From Octopus bimaculoides (Eukaryota): a stretch of DNA of 64,000 bases. Position 1 is the stretch's first letter. Every line of letters begins with the position of its first letter. Both the position numbers and the translations under genes were made by a program. The notes under the pieces are model-generated. The model did no database searches. It saw nothing but the letters and a program-made list of their open reading frames with translations, and was not told the origin of the DNA. Positions 63,991-64,000 of this stretch are shown here, piece by piece. The DNA lies in the NCBI RefSeq assembly GCF_001194135.2, contig NC_068982.1, positions 4,451,609-4,515,608 on the forward strand, in the 5' to 3' direction.

Positions 63991-64000
63991 TGCATATATA

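Overview
AT-rich, gap-containing eukaryotic genomic DNA dominated by microsatellites and transposon relics. The SINE families, the Dong/R4, RTE and Penelope remnants and the dense di/tri/tetranucleotide repeats suggest an octopus (coleoid cephalopod) short-read assembly; this is an inference and the species was not verified. Only one host coding exon is supported: the first coding exon (45126-45438, +) of a class A neuropeptide-type GPCR, covering TM1 to the start of TM3 and ending at a canonical G|GTAAGT donor. It is preceded by a CpG- and triplet-repeat-rich putative promoter/5'UTR, and I could not find exon 2 in the window. The rest comprises three tRNA-headed SINE groups (here A, B = MetaSINE-like, C), about 14 Dong/R4 non-LTR fragments, Tx1/L1-like, RTE, L2 and Penelope remnants, mariner and pogo DNA transposon relics, MITEs and long palindromes. 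The most interesting signal is at 17902-19022: two diverged Tx1/L1-like LINEs are stacked head-to-tail at the same nucleotide inside the tRNA-like head of a family A SINE, with a 15-bp target-site duplication, which suggests a SINE/tRNA-targeting site-specific retrotransposon. A similar LINE 3' end also appears as the tail of one MetaSINE subfamily. No tools were run: repeat boundaries are approximate and all alignments and translations were done by eye. The long X-filled ORFs in the track are gap artefacts.
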